Shown here: piece after piece, positions 31,019-40,137 of the stretch | Layout: each line of letters starts with the position of its first letter | How positions within the stretch are numbered: position 1 is the stretch's first letter | IMG/VR virus record: IMGVR_UViG_3300021963_000040 | Span: 1-64,000 of that record | DNA: 64,000 nt | Reading direction: 5' to 3' (one strand) | Source: a virus | Notes under the pieces: generated by a model | The model's database searches: none | Told to the model about the DNA's origin: nothing | Seen by the model: only the letters and a program-made list of their open reading frames with translations | Translations under genes and position numbers: made by a program

Positions 31019-32164
31019 ATGGCAACTAAACGTCCCGTAGACCCCCACGCCCGCCCTAAACAAATTCATGCTCGTGCAGGTGATGGCAAATTTGTTGGCG
31101 ATGAGCCGATTTGGGAAAAAGAAGCAATGCCCAGTAATCGAAAGACTGCTCTTCTAAAATCATTTAACTGGTATAACTATAACTGCGATAACAAGCAGGC
31201 TATTGAATTTATTGTTAACTGGCTTGAAACCATGCCTAAGCGTAAAAAGCTAGCCAGTGCAGTTAAAAATAACCCTGACCGTATGTCTAGTACTATTGGT
31301 TGGTTGTGTCGGATGCTTCGCATGGGTTGGAAAGCGAACATGACAGAGATGCGTCATGTTGTTCGTGCCCTACGACGAGTCCCGGTCGAAAAACCACAAG
31401 CCAAAGTTGAAAAAGAAGAAGTAGTATACAAGCCAAACATTCAAGATCGCTTGCGAGAAATAATGCACGAAACCGCCGGTGAAATTGAAGGACGGATTGA
31501 TGATTTTGTCCTTAGCGGTTGCAAGGAAGATAATATCAGTGCATTTGCTTATCTCAAAGAAGTTAACTTGCCGCAAGTCCAAGCCGCAAAATTGCCTCAA
31601 TTATTTGCTCGTACTATTGCAGAGCTTGAAGAAGCCGTTGAAGGTAAAGATCCACAACTCAAAGAAGGTTACAGTAACTTTACTAAGGTGCAACTCAAGG
31701 CTCTAATAAAAGCATACCATCTTATCCTTAAGGATATTGAAAGCTATGTAGCCACTAAAAAGGTACAACGTAAGCCACGTAAAGCTAAACCTAAGAGCAT
31801 TGATAAAATTGTTGCTAAAGTTAAGTACAAAGTCGATGACAACGAACTTAAGGTATCTAGCGCAAAGCCTGTTACTATTCCAGGTGCATCTGAAGTATGG
31901 GTGTTTAACACTAAGACTCGCAAGATTGGACGCTATGTTAGCGAATTTCCTGGAGGCCTAGGAATCAAAGGTACTAGTATTACAGGATACAACGAAGTAG
32001 AAAGTATCCAAAAAACTATCCGTAAGCCCGCCGAAAAGATCAAAGAGTTTATGACTGTTACAAAAGCACAAACTAAGAAGTTTATGGCCGGTATCAAAGC
32101 TGTGGATATTAAGCTAAACGGACGTTTGAGCACAGACATTCTGATTCTTAAAGTATTCAAATAA
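31019..32164 (+). CDS. Basic hypothetical phage protein (early)
   Basis: 381-aa Lys-rich ORF with a GGAG SD; no catalytic motif recognised. Confidence 0.7.
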   Translation: MATKRPVDPHARPKQIHARAGDGKFVGDEPIWEKEAMPSNRKTALLKSFNWYNYNCDNKQAIEFIVNWLETMPKRKKLASAVKNNPDRMSSTIGWLCRMLRMGWKANMTEMRHVVRALRRVPVEKPQAKVEKEEVVYKPNIQDRLREIMHETAGEIEGRIDDFVLSGCKEDNISAFAYLKEVNLPQVQAAKLPQLFARTIAELEEAVEGKDPQLKEGYSNFTKVQLKALIKAYHLILKDIESYVATKKVQRKPRKAKPKSIDKIVAKVKYKVDDNELKVSSAKPVTIPGASEVWVFNTKTRKIGRYVSEFPGGLGIKGTSITGYNEVESIQKTIRKPAEKIKEFMTVTKAQTKKFMAGIKAVDIKLNGRLSTDILILKVFK

Positions 32165-32208
32165 GCCCACAGGGCCATATAAATACTAGATTAACATTTG
32201 GTGTATAT

Positions 32209-32943
32209 ATGGCCCGTGAAAGCATAATTAAAGAAATCGAACTCCGTTTAGGCGGGGGAATGGTAGACGTAGAGCTAGATAGAGAGCACTACGATTTAGC
32301 TATTGACAAGGCGTTGTCTAAATTCCGTCAGCGTAGTAGTCGCTCTGTTGAAGAAGCATTTATTGTACTGCCCTTAGTTCCAGGTGAAAGCGAATATATT
32401 CTTCCTAACGAAATCATGGAAGTACGTGTGGTATATCGTCGTGTAGCAGGCGGCCTAGCTACAGCAGGACAAGACATTGAACCATTCGAAGCAGGTTTTT
32501 TAAATACCTATCTATTAAGCTCTTATCGTGCAGGCGGTATTGCTACTTACGAACTATACACACAATATCGTGAAATGCTAGGACGTATGTTCGGCGCCCA
32601 TATGTTGTTTACGTGGTACCCGCAACAGCACAAGATCCTACTACACCGCAATATCAGAACCGACGACGAGTGTATTCTTCATGTCTATATGCACCGCCCG
32701 GAGGATTTCCTATTAGATGATCCGTATGGCGGCCCGTGGTTACGTGACTATGCACTAGCACAAGCTAAAATGATGCTAGGACAAGCACGTAGCAAATTCA
32801 GTCAAATTGCAGGGCCCCAAGGCGGAGGTCAACTAAATGGCGATGCCTTAAAGCAAGAAGCACTTGCAGAACTCGAAAAATTAGAAACAGATTTAATACA
32901 ATGGGTAGAAGGCGGTACACCTTATACCTTTGTTATTGGCTAA
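32209..32943 (+). CDS. gp13: Neck protein (T4 gp13-like)
   Basis: LRLGGGMVDVEL, WLRDYALAQAKMMLGQARSKF, GPQGGGQLNG and a C-terminal PYTFVIG; TATAAATA upstream. Confidence 0.85.
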   Translation: MARESIIKEIELRLGGGMVDVELDREHYDLAIDKALSKFRQRSSRSVEEAFIVLPLVPGESEYILPNEIMEVRVVYRRVAGGLATAGQDIEPFEAGFLNTYLLSSYRAGGIATYELYTQYREMLGRMFGAHMLFTWYPQQHKILLHRNIRTDDECILHVYMHRPEDFLLDDPYGGPWLRDYALAQAKMMLGQARSKFSQIAGPQGGGQLNGDALKQEALAELEKLETDLIQWVEGGTPYTFVIG

Positions 32944-32951
32944 TTAATTTG

Positions 32952-32980
32952 TAGACAAAATTTGACATCAAGTATAAAAT
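32952..32980 (+). promoter_or_regulatory. Sigma70-type promoter
   Basis: TAGACA-17-TAAAAT; ATG 32987 follows after a 6-nt gap. Confidence 0.6.
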
Positions 32981-32986
32981 ACTTGT

Positions 32987-33484
32987 ATGGATATCTACTT
33001 AGACATGGACGATGTTGTAGCTGATTGGATGGGCTATGCTCGTGCATACTTAAAGCAACCCCAATGGAAAGAAGGGGAAATGCTTCCTGATACTACTTGG
33101 CGTAGACTTAAAGACGACCAACGTATGTATTCAAAACTCCCACTCAAAGAAGGCGCATATGATTTAGTCGATTGGTGTAGAACATACACTAAGAAAAATA
33201 ATTGTGGCTTATACTTTTTAAGTGCTATTCCTCACGGAAATGATATGCCATGGGCAGTACAGGACAAGGTATTTTGGGGACAAGAATACTTTCCAGATGT
33301 TCCTGTATTTCTAGGACCATACAGTCATCAGAAATATATGCACGTTCGGAATCCGGGCGATATATTAATTGACGACCGTAAAAGTAATTGCGAAGAATGG
33401 GAACGTGCCGGCGGTAAGGCACATAGATATAAAACTTGGCTAGAGTGCAAAGTTTGGCTAGAACACACATTGGGGTCACTATGA
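32987..33484 (+). CDS. HAD-family 5'(3')-deoxyribonucleotidase
   Basis: IYLDMDDVVAD (motif I), FLSA, K, and ILIDDR..NCEEW..AGG. Confidence 0.85.
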   Translation: MDIYLDMDDVVADWMGYARAYLKQPQWKEGEMLPDTTWRRLKDDQRMYSKLPLKEGAYDLVDWCRTYTKKNNCGLYFLSAIPHGNDMPWAVQDKVFWGQEYFPDVPVFLGPYSHQKYMHVRNPGDILIDDRKSNCEEWERAGGKAHRYKTWLECKVWLEHTLGSL

Positions 33485-34131
33485 TTATAGGAATTTGCGG
33501 GTTCATTGGTAGCGGTAAAGATACTATTGCAGACTATCTAGTTAACACACATCAATTTAGGCGTGAGAGCTTTGCTAACACACTTAAAGATGCAGTTAGT
33601 TCTGTATTTGGTTGGGATAGAGATATGGTTGAAGGCCGTACTAAACAAGCACGTGAATGGCGCGAACAAGTGGACCCGTGGTGGGCAGAACGATTGAATA
33701 TACCTAAACTTACACCACGATGGGTACTGCAATATTGGGGCACAGAAGTATGCCGCAAAGGCTTCCATGACGACATTTGGATTGCTAGTTTAGAAAACAA
33801 ACTGCGTACCAGCAAAGACGATGTTGTTATAAGTGATTGCCGATTTCCTAATGAAATCAAAGCTATCAAAGATGCGGGCGGGATGATCGTATGGGTTAAA
33901 CGTGGTCCATTACCAGAGTGGTATGATGCCGCAGAAAGCATGAATCGCGGAGATCGAGGTAACCTAACTTGGGCCATAAGTTCAGACAAAATTAAAAAGC
34001 TAGGGATCCATGCTAGTGAAACTTCGTGGATAGGTACAAAGTTTGATTCAGAGCTAGACAATAATGGCAGTTTAGACGAGCTTTTTGTCCAAGTTGAAGC
34101 ACTATTAGCTAAAACAGCGGTGCAGGCCTGA
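33481..34131 (+). CDS. Deoxynucleoside monophosphate kinase (T4 gp1-like)
   Basis: MIIGICGFIGSGKDT P-loop, SFANTLKD, PRWVLQYWGTE, ISDCRFPNE and HASE; start at 33481 by ATGA overlap. Confidence 0.9.
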   Translation: MIIGICGFIGSGKDTIADYLVNTHQFRRESFANTLKDAVSSVFGWDRDMVEGRTKQAREWREQVDPWWAERLNIPKLTPRWVLQYWGTEVCRKGFHDDIWIASLENKLRTSKDDVVISDCRFPNEIKAIKDAGGMIVWVKRGPLPEWYDAAESMNRGDRGNLTWAISSDKIKKLGIHASETSWIGTKFDSELDNNGSLDELFVQVEALLAKTAVQA

Positions 34132-34228
34132 TTGCTGATTTTTAAATTTTGGCTAAATAACCCGCTTTTCCTTAAAATACGATAAATATTTGGAGTAATC
34201 CATATATGGATCGAACAAGGAAAAGAAT

Positions 34229-36598
34229 ATGCCAACACTAGTTTCCCCAGGCGTTGCAGTATCAGTTATTGATGAGAGTAGCTATGCTACCGCAGGTAAC
34301 GGTACTGTACCCTTAATTATTTTAGCAACAGCACAAGACAAAACAGTACCTGGCGGGACTGGTTTAGCTACAAAAACAGCAAAGTCAGCGGCCGCCCAAC
34401 CAGTACTGGTTACTAGCCAACGAGAGTTAGTACAATTATTTGGTACACCGATTTTCAAAACATTAAACGGTACACCACAACATGGTAACGAATTAAACGA
34501 ATACGGTTTATTAGCAACATACAGCTACTTAGGCATTGCTAACCGTGCTTATGTTTTACGTGCAGACATTGATGTAGGTCAATTAGAGCCTAATGCAGTA
34601 GAACCAAAAGGTCCACCAACAAATGGTACATACTGGTTAGATACAGCAGATACAGTATGGGGTCTATTTGAAGGTAACGGTGACGACTGGGTAGCAAAAG
34701 CAGTACATGTATATACTGCTTCTCAGGCAGGCCAAAACGGTGCTCCACTAAGCAACTTAGGCTCTGACGGCGACTATGCAGTATCAGTGGCAAACACTGA
34801 TAACAAATACTATAAAAAAGTTGTAGGCGCATGGTCTGAAGTTACAACAGGAGCCCTAACACAAGCAATGGGTCATTCAGTAACTGTAACAGCGGCCCCT
34901 CACTATCAAGTTCCTACTCCTAACGACGGTGACGTATGGTTTAAGTTAACAACTCCTAACAGCGGTTTTGCACCAGCAGTTAAGCGTTACAGCTCAACAA
35001 CTGGACAATTTACAGAACTATCAGTTAAGGCTTATATTGATGATGCCGCCGCAACAACTGGTTTTGGTTCTTCTTTAGTAGTAGGTAGTTTGTATGCTAA
35101 CTACGATGCAGATGCCGCTCGCTTTAGTCTAAAACGTTATGATGGCTCAACATGGTCAACATTAGTTTATGAAGCAAGTGCAACAGCACCTCAAGGTACA
35201 ACACCAGACGGTACGCTATGGTATAATCCAGACTTACAAGCCGACATTTACATCAAGCAAGCCGGTAAGTGGAGACCAGTAAGTGGTGAAGTAACCATTG
35301 ATACAGCTGAACCAGAAGGTGCTAGTACAGGCGACATTTGGGTTGATACTAACGATATTGAAAATTATCCACAAATTAAACGTTACAATGGTAGCGAGTG
35401 GATTCTACGTAATAATGCAGATCAAACAACACCACAGGGTGTTCTATTTGCTGACCTAACTTCAACAGCAGGTGATACAAGTGATAACGGTGGTGCAACT
35501 CCATACGATCTAGAAGACACACCTGATCCAGAAATTTACCCAGATGGTATGTTGCTATGGAACAGCATGGTATCTACTTACAACGTTAAGAAGTACAATG
35601 CCGCTACAGGTAAATGGAACACTATCAGCGGTAACATAAGTGCAGGTCCTAATGCAGGCGCTCCTTACATGGGCCGCAAAGCACAACGTCAATGTGTAGT
35701 TGTTGCTTTACAAAAGGCAGTAACAGAATGCCAAAAACTACGCGAAGAAACAATACGCTTTAGTTTAATTGCGGCACCTGGCTACCCTGAACTAATTGAC
35801 GAAATGTTAACTCTAAACGTAGACCGTAAAGAAACAGCATTTGTTATTGTTGACAGCCCATTACGTCTAACCACAGATGCACAAGGCTTAATTGATTGGG
35901 TAACTGGTGTTAACGCTGGTACAAACGGCGAAGACGGTATTGTTACTAAGTCAAGCGAAGCCGCAGTATACTATCCATCAGTTCTAACAACTGACCTAAA
36001 CGGTTATGATGTTACTGCTCCTGCTAGCCATGCAGTTCTACGTACATACGCATACAACGACAATGTGAGCTATCCATGGTTTGCTCCAGCTGGTTTAACA
36101 CGCGGTGTTGTAGCTAACTGCGCTAACTTTGGTTATGTAAACAATGAAGGCGAATTTGTACCAGTTGCACTAACACAAGGTCAACGTGATACACTATACG
36201 CTAACAAAGTAAACCCATTAGTTAACTTCCCAGGTCAAGGTCTTGTTGTTTGGGGTCAGAAGACACTAAGCCCAATCGCAAGCTCATTAGACCGCGTAAA
36301 CGTAGCACGTCTAGTTGCTTACTTACGTGAACAGTTTGACCCATTAGCTCGTCCGTTTGTGTTCGAACCTAACGATCAAAAAACACGTAGTAACGTTAAG
36401 ACACTATTTGACAACTTCCTAGCTGATATTCGTCAGAAGCGTGGTGTTTATGACTTCGTAGTAGTTTGCGATGATACAAACAACACACCAAGCCGTATTG
36501 ATGCTAACGAACTATGGATTGACATTGCGATTGAGCCAACAAAGGCCGCAGAATTTATCTACATTCCAATCCGCTTAGTCAATACAGGTACACTATAA
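34229..36598 (+). CDS. gp18: Contractile tail sheath protein
   Basis: LVSPGVAVSVIDES, WFAPAGLTRG, RDTLY..KVNP, WGQKT, DRVNVARL, FEPND, VVCDDTNNTP and KAAEFIYIP. Confidence 0.95.
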   Translation: MPTLVSPGVAVSVIDESSYATAGNGTVPLIILATAQDKTVPGGTGLATKTAKSAAAQPVLVTSQRELVQLFGTPIFKTLNGTPQHGNELNEYGLLATYSYLGIANRAYVLRADIDVGQLEPNAVEPKGPPTNGTYWLDTADTVWGLFEGNGDDWVAKAVHVYTASQAGQNGAPLSNLGSDGDYAVSVANTDNKYYKKVVGAWSEVTTGALTQAMGHSVTVTAAPHYQVPTPNDGDVWFKLTTPNSGFAPAVKRYSSTTGQFTELSVKAYIDDAAATTGFGSSLVVGSLYANYDADAARFSLKRYDGSTWSTLVYEASATAPQGTTPDGTLWYNPDLQADIYIKQAGKWRPVSGEVTIDTAEPEGASTGDIWVDTNDIENYPQIKRYNGSEWILRNNADQTTPQGVLFADLTSTAGDTSDNGGATPYDLEDTPDPEIYPDGMLLWNSMVSTYNVKKYNAATGKWNTISGNISAGPNAGAPYMGRKAQRQCVVVALQKAVTECQKLREETIRFSLIAAPGYPELIDEMLTLNVDRKETAFVIVDSPLRLTTDAQGLIDWVTGVNAGTNGEDGIVTKSSEAAVYYPSVLTTDLNGYDVTAPASHAVLRTYAYNDNVSYPWFAPAGLTRGVVANCANFGYVNNEGEFVPVALTQGQRDTLYANKVNPLVNFPGQGLVVWGQKTLSPIASSLDRVNVARLVAYLREQFDPLARPFVFEPNDQKTRSNVKTLFDNFLADIRQKRGVYDFVVVCDDTNNTPSRIDANELWIDIAIEPTKAAEFIYIPIRLVNTGTL

Positions 36599-36639
36599 AC
36601 AACCCAGGGATGGGAAGACAGACGCCGAAAAGGCGCTTT

Positions 36640-36664
36640 AGCCCGGAGAAATCCGGGCTTTTTT
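36640..36664 (+). terminator. Intrinsic terminator after the sheath gene
   Basis: AGCCCGGA-GAAA-TCCGGGCT followed by a T-run. Confidence 0.88.
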
Positions 36665-36731
36665 ATGGGTATTTAATTTTTTGGTGAAGAATAGGATAAA
36701 TAGAATTATGTCCGTAAAGGAGTTAATCTAA

Positions 36732-37373
36732 ATGGCACAACTATCAAAATTCGGCGTACCTGGTGGTGAACTACCTGTACTAATGCCTAAATTAGCTTAT
36801 CGCTTCCGTGTATCCTTCTTAGGTGTCGGCGGTGCTGAGCTACCCCTAGTAAGTACATTTACTAGCCAAATCGTAAGCTGTGGTCGTCCTAACATGCAAA
36901 CCCAGGCTGTTGAAGTAGACGTTTACAACAGTAAAATCTACCTAGCTGGTAAGCACACATGGCAACCACTAAGCATTACAATCCGTGATGATATCAATAA
37001 CAACGTTGCAAGTTTAATTGCGGCACAAATTGGTCGTCAGATTGATATTGCTGAGCAAAGCGCGGCCCGTGCAGGTGCTAACTATAAGTTCGGTATGTTA
37101 ATTCAAACACTAGATGGCAGTCAAGATGATGTAACCGGCGTTTTAGACACATGGTCTATTAACGGTTGTTTCATTACTGATGTTAACTACGGTGAAATGA
37201 ACTACACTAGTAACGACGCTGTTCAAATTACACTAAGTATTCAGTACGATAGTGCTGATTATCATATCGGTAACATTGTTCTTGCTAACCTACCAGGTCA
37301 GCTTGGTGCTCTTGGTGGCGGCGTTGCTCTACGCGGCTTGAACGAAGGCGACACAGCAACCAACGCATTCTAA
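36732..37373 (+). CDS. gp19: Tail tube protein
   Basis: Follows the sheath. PKLAYRFRV, RPN, YLAGKHTWQPLSITIRDD, W.INGCF..VNYGEMNY and ITLSIQYD; AAGGAG SD. Confidence 0.85.
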   Translation: MAQLSKFGVPGGELPVLMPKLAYRFRVSFLGVGGAELPLVSTFTSQIVSCGRPNMQTQAVEVDVYNSKIYLAGKHTWQPLSITIRDDINNNVASLIAAQIGRQIDIAEQSAARAGANYKFGMLIQTLDGSQDDVTGVLDTWSINGCFITDVNYGEMNYTSNDAVQITLSIQYDSADYHIGNIVLANLPGQLGALGGGVALRGLNEGDTATNAF

Positions 37374-37385
37374 GGATTGGCTTAA

Positions 37386-38831
37386 ATGGCTTTAGTCCTT
37401 GGTTTCAAAAACCACGTTACAGAATACGTAGGCACAAATGAGTACGACACTGGGGAGTATAATACCCCCAGTGTTTGGCTCACTAACATCCCACGAATGA
37501 AGTTTAACTGGACTGTTGAGTTCATGTTAAACAATCCTGATCCTAAGATACAAGAATTGTTAGACGGCAACGACCTAGTCGGATCTATGACTAATGTTGC
37601 TAAAACAGTTCAGTTACCGGATCTAAATTTTGACACGCAAACATTAAACCAATATAACAAGCGCCGACACATACACGTTAAAGGCGAATATCAACCAATA
37701 CAAATGTCCTTCCAGGATGATGTAAGCGGTCGATTTGAAAAGGTATTAGAAGCATATAAAAAGTTTTATTGGGCCAGCGATTCTTATCCTGGCTTAGATC
37801 ATATTAGACAACGAGATCAAACCAGCGACCAATTTGTAAGTAACTTTGGTATGTTGGCCATTAACAACACTAACGATAATTTCTTTAAGTCTATTGCTAT
37901 TAATAGAGAATGGATGGGCAAAGCTGATCAGTACCTACTCATTAATCCTAAAATAACAGCAATCCAACATGATACATTAGATTATGCTAGCAATGATACA
38001 GCACAATGGACTATTACTGTTATATACGAAGCACTAGAAACAAGATGGCAACAACCTACAACAGGTTATAACCGCCCAGGACTGTCATCACTAACCTACG
38101 CTAGTTATCAAAGCGATGCACAAGCTCAAGCCGCGGTCGGTACCGGTTTAGAAAATGCTAGCAATACTGGTGGACAAGAACCTCCAGCTGGAGAAGTTGA
38201 TGGCGGCTTCTCAGGAGAAGATACTAGCGACCTTAACGACTGGAACGAAACTGGAGTAGGTGATGCCAGTCAAGATTCTATGGCGGCCTATGATGAGTTT
38301 GCAGGCCTTGACGAAGCAGTGGCAAAACAAGAAGCAGAAAAAGCAAGTTGGAAAAATCAACTAGCAGAAAAGTTCAGCAGTCTTAAAGAAAACGTTGCAG
38401 GCGCATATCAAAAAGCACAAGACTTTAGTGTAGGTGGAATTCCAGTTGGTAAAGCTATCAATCCACAAAACATAGGGACTACTATTGCATTAGGCACAGC
38501 TATAGCCACATCAAAAGGTAGAGCATTAAAAAATCCTGCATTCCTATTAGGCGCCGCAGGAAAAGTTGCTCAAGGTATCCCAGGAGCAAGCCAATATATG
38601 GGTGGCATTACAGCAGGTGTAGCTGGTTATTCTGCTTATAAAGCAGGTGGCTTAAAAGGTCTTGCCACAGTAGGCGCAGTTTCTGCGGCCTATTGGTTAG
38701 GTAATCAAAAGTCACCAAACACACGACCTGCACAAGCAGACTGGGCAACTAATCCTAGTAAAACTCCCTATTCACCTATGCAATCTTTTATTGGCGGTGA
38801 CGGTAATGCCGCAAATGGTAGGAGATTCTAA
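37386..38831 (+). CDS. Tube-like baseplate/tail-tube initiator protein (gp54/gp48-like) with a long C-terminal extension
   Basis: The N-terminal half resembles tube proteins: KTVQLP, NQYNKRR, YQPIQMSFQDD, LINPKIT..HDTLDY, TITVIYE. Confidence 0.6.
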   Translation: MALVLGFKNHVTEYVGTNEYDTGEYNTPSVWLTNIPRMKFNWTVEFMLNNPDPKIQELLDGNDLVGSMTNVAKTVQLPDLNFDTQTLNQYNKRRHIHVKGEYQPIQMSFQDDVSGRFEKVLEAYKKFYWASDSYPGLDHIRQRDQTSDQFVSNFGMLAINNTNDNFFKSIAINREWMGKADQYLLINPKITAIQHDTLDYASNDTAQWTITVIYEALETRWQQPTTGYNRPGLSSLTYASYQSDAQAQAAVGTGLENASNTGGQEPPAGEVDGGFSGEDTSDLNDWNETGVGDASQDSMAAYDEFAGLDEAVAKQEAEKASWKNQLAEKFSSLKENVAGAYQKAQDFSVGGIPVGKAINPQNIGTTIALGTAIATSKGRALKNPAFLLGAAGKVAQGIPGASQYMGGITAGVAGYSAYKAGGLKGLATVGAVSAAYWLGNQKSPNTRPAQADWATNPSKTPYSPMQSFIGGDGNAANGRRF

Positions 38832-39145
38832 TGGCTGGCACAATAGCAGGCACTGATACACCTATTGCAATTAATCAACAAAATTTTGAGTTTATTCTAG
38901 CTCAATTACAAAAGCGCGGCATAACAAATCAAATAGCAAAAATGTTAGCGTATGATATTCTTATCATTACACAGATCACAGGGCAAAATTACAGAGATGT
39001 TATTAACGAACAAATCTCTGAAAACGGATTAGCTATAAGCAAAGAGTTTATAGATCAACTTAACATCCTTAGATCAGCAACAAACAAATTACACATCGAG
39101 GACACTGAACAAACGAATGTCCATGTTGCTCGATCTATCGTCTAA
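38831..39145 (+). CDS. Hypothetical protein
   Basis: 104-aa ORF coupled on both sides by TAATG overlaps. Confidence 0.65.
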   Translation: MAGTIAGTDTPIAINQQNFEFILAQLQKRGITNQIAKMLAYDILIITQITGQNYRDVINEQISENGLAISKEFIDQLNILRSATNKLHIEDTEQTNVHVARSIV

Positions 39146-39582
39146 TGGCAAAGTATTCACAGGGTTACTATACTGTTCAAAATAGCACAAAATATGTAGG
39201 AAGAGGTGAGCCTACATATAGAAGCGGTTGGGAACTTACAGTAATGAGATATTGTGATAACCATCCAAATGTTATTAATTGGGCAAGTGAAAGCCTACGC
39301 ATTCCTTATGTAAATCCATTTACAGGAAAGCCTACATTTTATGTACCTGACTTTTTAATTATGTACAAAGACAAAAACGGACAGACAAAAACGGACGTAA
39401 TTGAAGTAAAGCCAAGAAAACAAGCAGTTATCGGGCTAGCACGTAGTCAACAGGAAAAAGCCGCAGTAGTATTGAATATGGCTAAATGGGAAGCCGCAAA
39501 AGCATGGTGTAAAAATCATGGCGCTACCTTTCGTATTCTGACTGAAGAGGATATATACAACAGAATGGGTGAAAAACGATGA
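39145..39582 (+). CDS. gp4: Head completion nuclease (T4 gp4-like, TnsA-type fold)
   Basis: KYVG..PTYRSGWE, WASE...IPY, YVPDF, IEVKP, NMAKWEAAKAWC and FRILTE. Confidence 0.88.
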   Translation: MAKYSQGYYTVQNSTKYVGRGEPTYRSGWELTVMRYCDNHPNVINWASESLRIPYVNPFTGKPTFYVPDFLIMYKDKNGQTKTDVIEVKPRKQAVIGLARSQQEKAAVVLNMAKWEAAKAWCKNHGATFRILTEEDIYNRMGEKR

Positions 39583-40112
39583 CACGTAAACTAGACGATT
39601 TCTTTAATGTTCCTCCTATGCCAGATCAAGTTAATTTTGATCCTTTACCAATTGATGTTCCTCCGGTAGAACAATCATTACAACTTATCGAAGAACAGAA
39701 AGAAGCATTAGACTTAGCTAATAGAATTGAACAAGCATTGCCAAGAGTAAAAGACATAGAAAGTACCGATGTCGATTTTGACGAGTACGCTAAAAAAGCA
39801 ATGGAAACTTATGACAGGCTAGTAGATTTAGGAATGAATGTAGACGACCGCAATGCCGGTATGATTTTTGATGTTGCTAGCAAAATGATGGGAAACGCAA
39901 TCACAGCTAAAAATAGCAAATTAGATGCAAAATTACGTAGAGTAGAACTTCAACTCAAGGCCGCAAAATTACAATTAGAAAAAGATAAAGTACAAAACAG
40001 TAAAACGGGCGGCAATGGTCAAGTAGTCGAAGGTGAAGGGTACTTAGTTACTGATAGAAATGCTTTACTAGAATCCTTAGCTAAAAAAATTAAAAATGAA
40101 AGCCAAAACTGA
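39579..40112 (+). CDS. Probable terminase small subunit (gp16-like)
   Basis: Helical 177-aa protein with a C-terminal coiled coil and ...VTDRNALL; upstream of the large terminase. Confidence 0.45.
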   Translation: MTRKLDDFFNVPPMPDQVNFDPLPIDVPPVEQSLQLIEEQKEALDLANRIEQALPRVKDIESTDVDFDEYAKKAMETYDRLVDLGMNVDDRNAGMIFDVASKMMGNAITAKNSKLDAKLRRVELQLKAAKLQLEKDKVQNSKTGGNGQVVEGEGYLVTDRNALLESLAKKIKNESQN

Positions 40113-40137
40113 TAAATAACACTATCCGGAGCATATA

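Noticed and set aside
33552-34238. 228-aa minus-strand ORF opposite the dNMP kinase
   Set aside because: It is antisense to a clearly recognisable enzyme and has no motifs.
39145-39582. TnsA-like nuclease as a transposon or homing endonuclease
   Set aside because: Its motifs and context fit the core T4 gp4 head-completion nuclease, and there are no terminal repeats or transposase.
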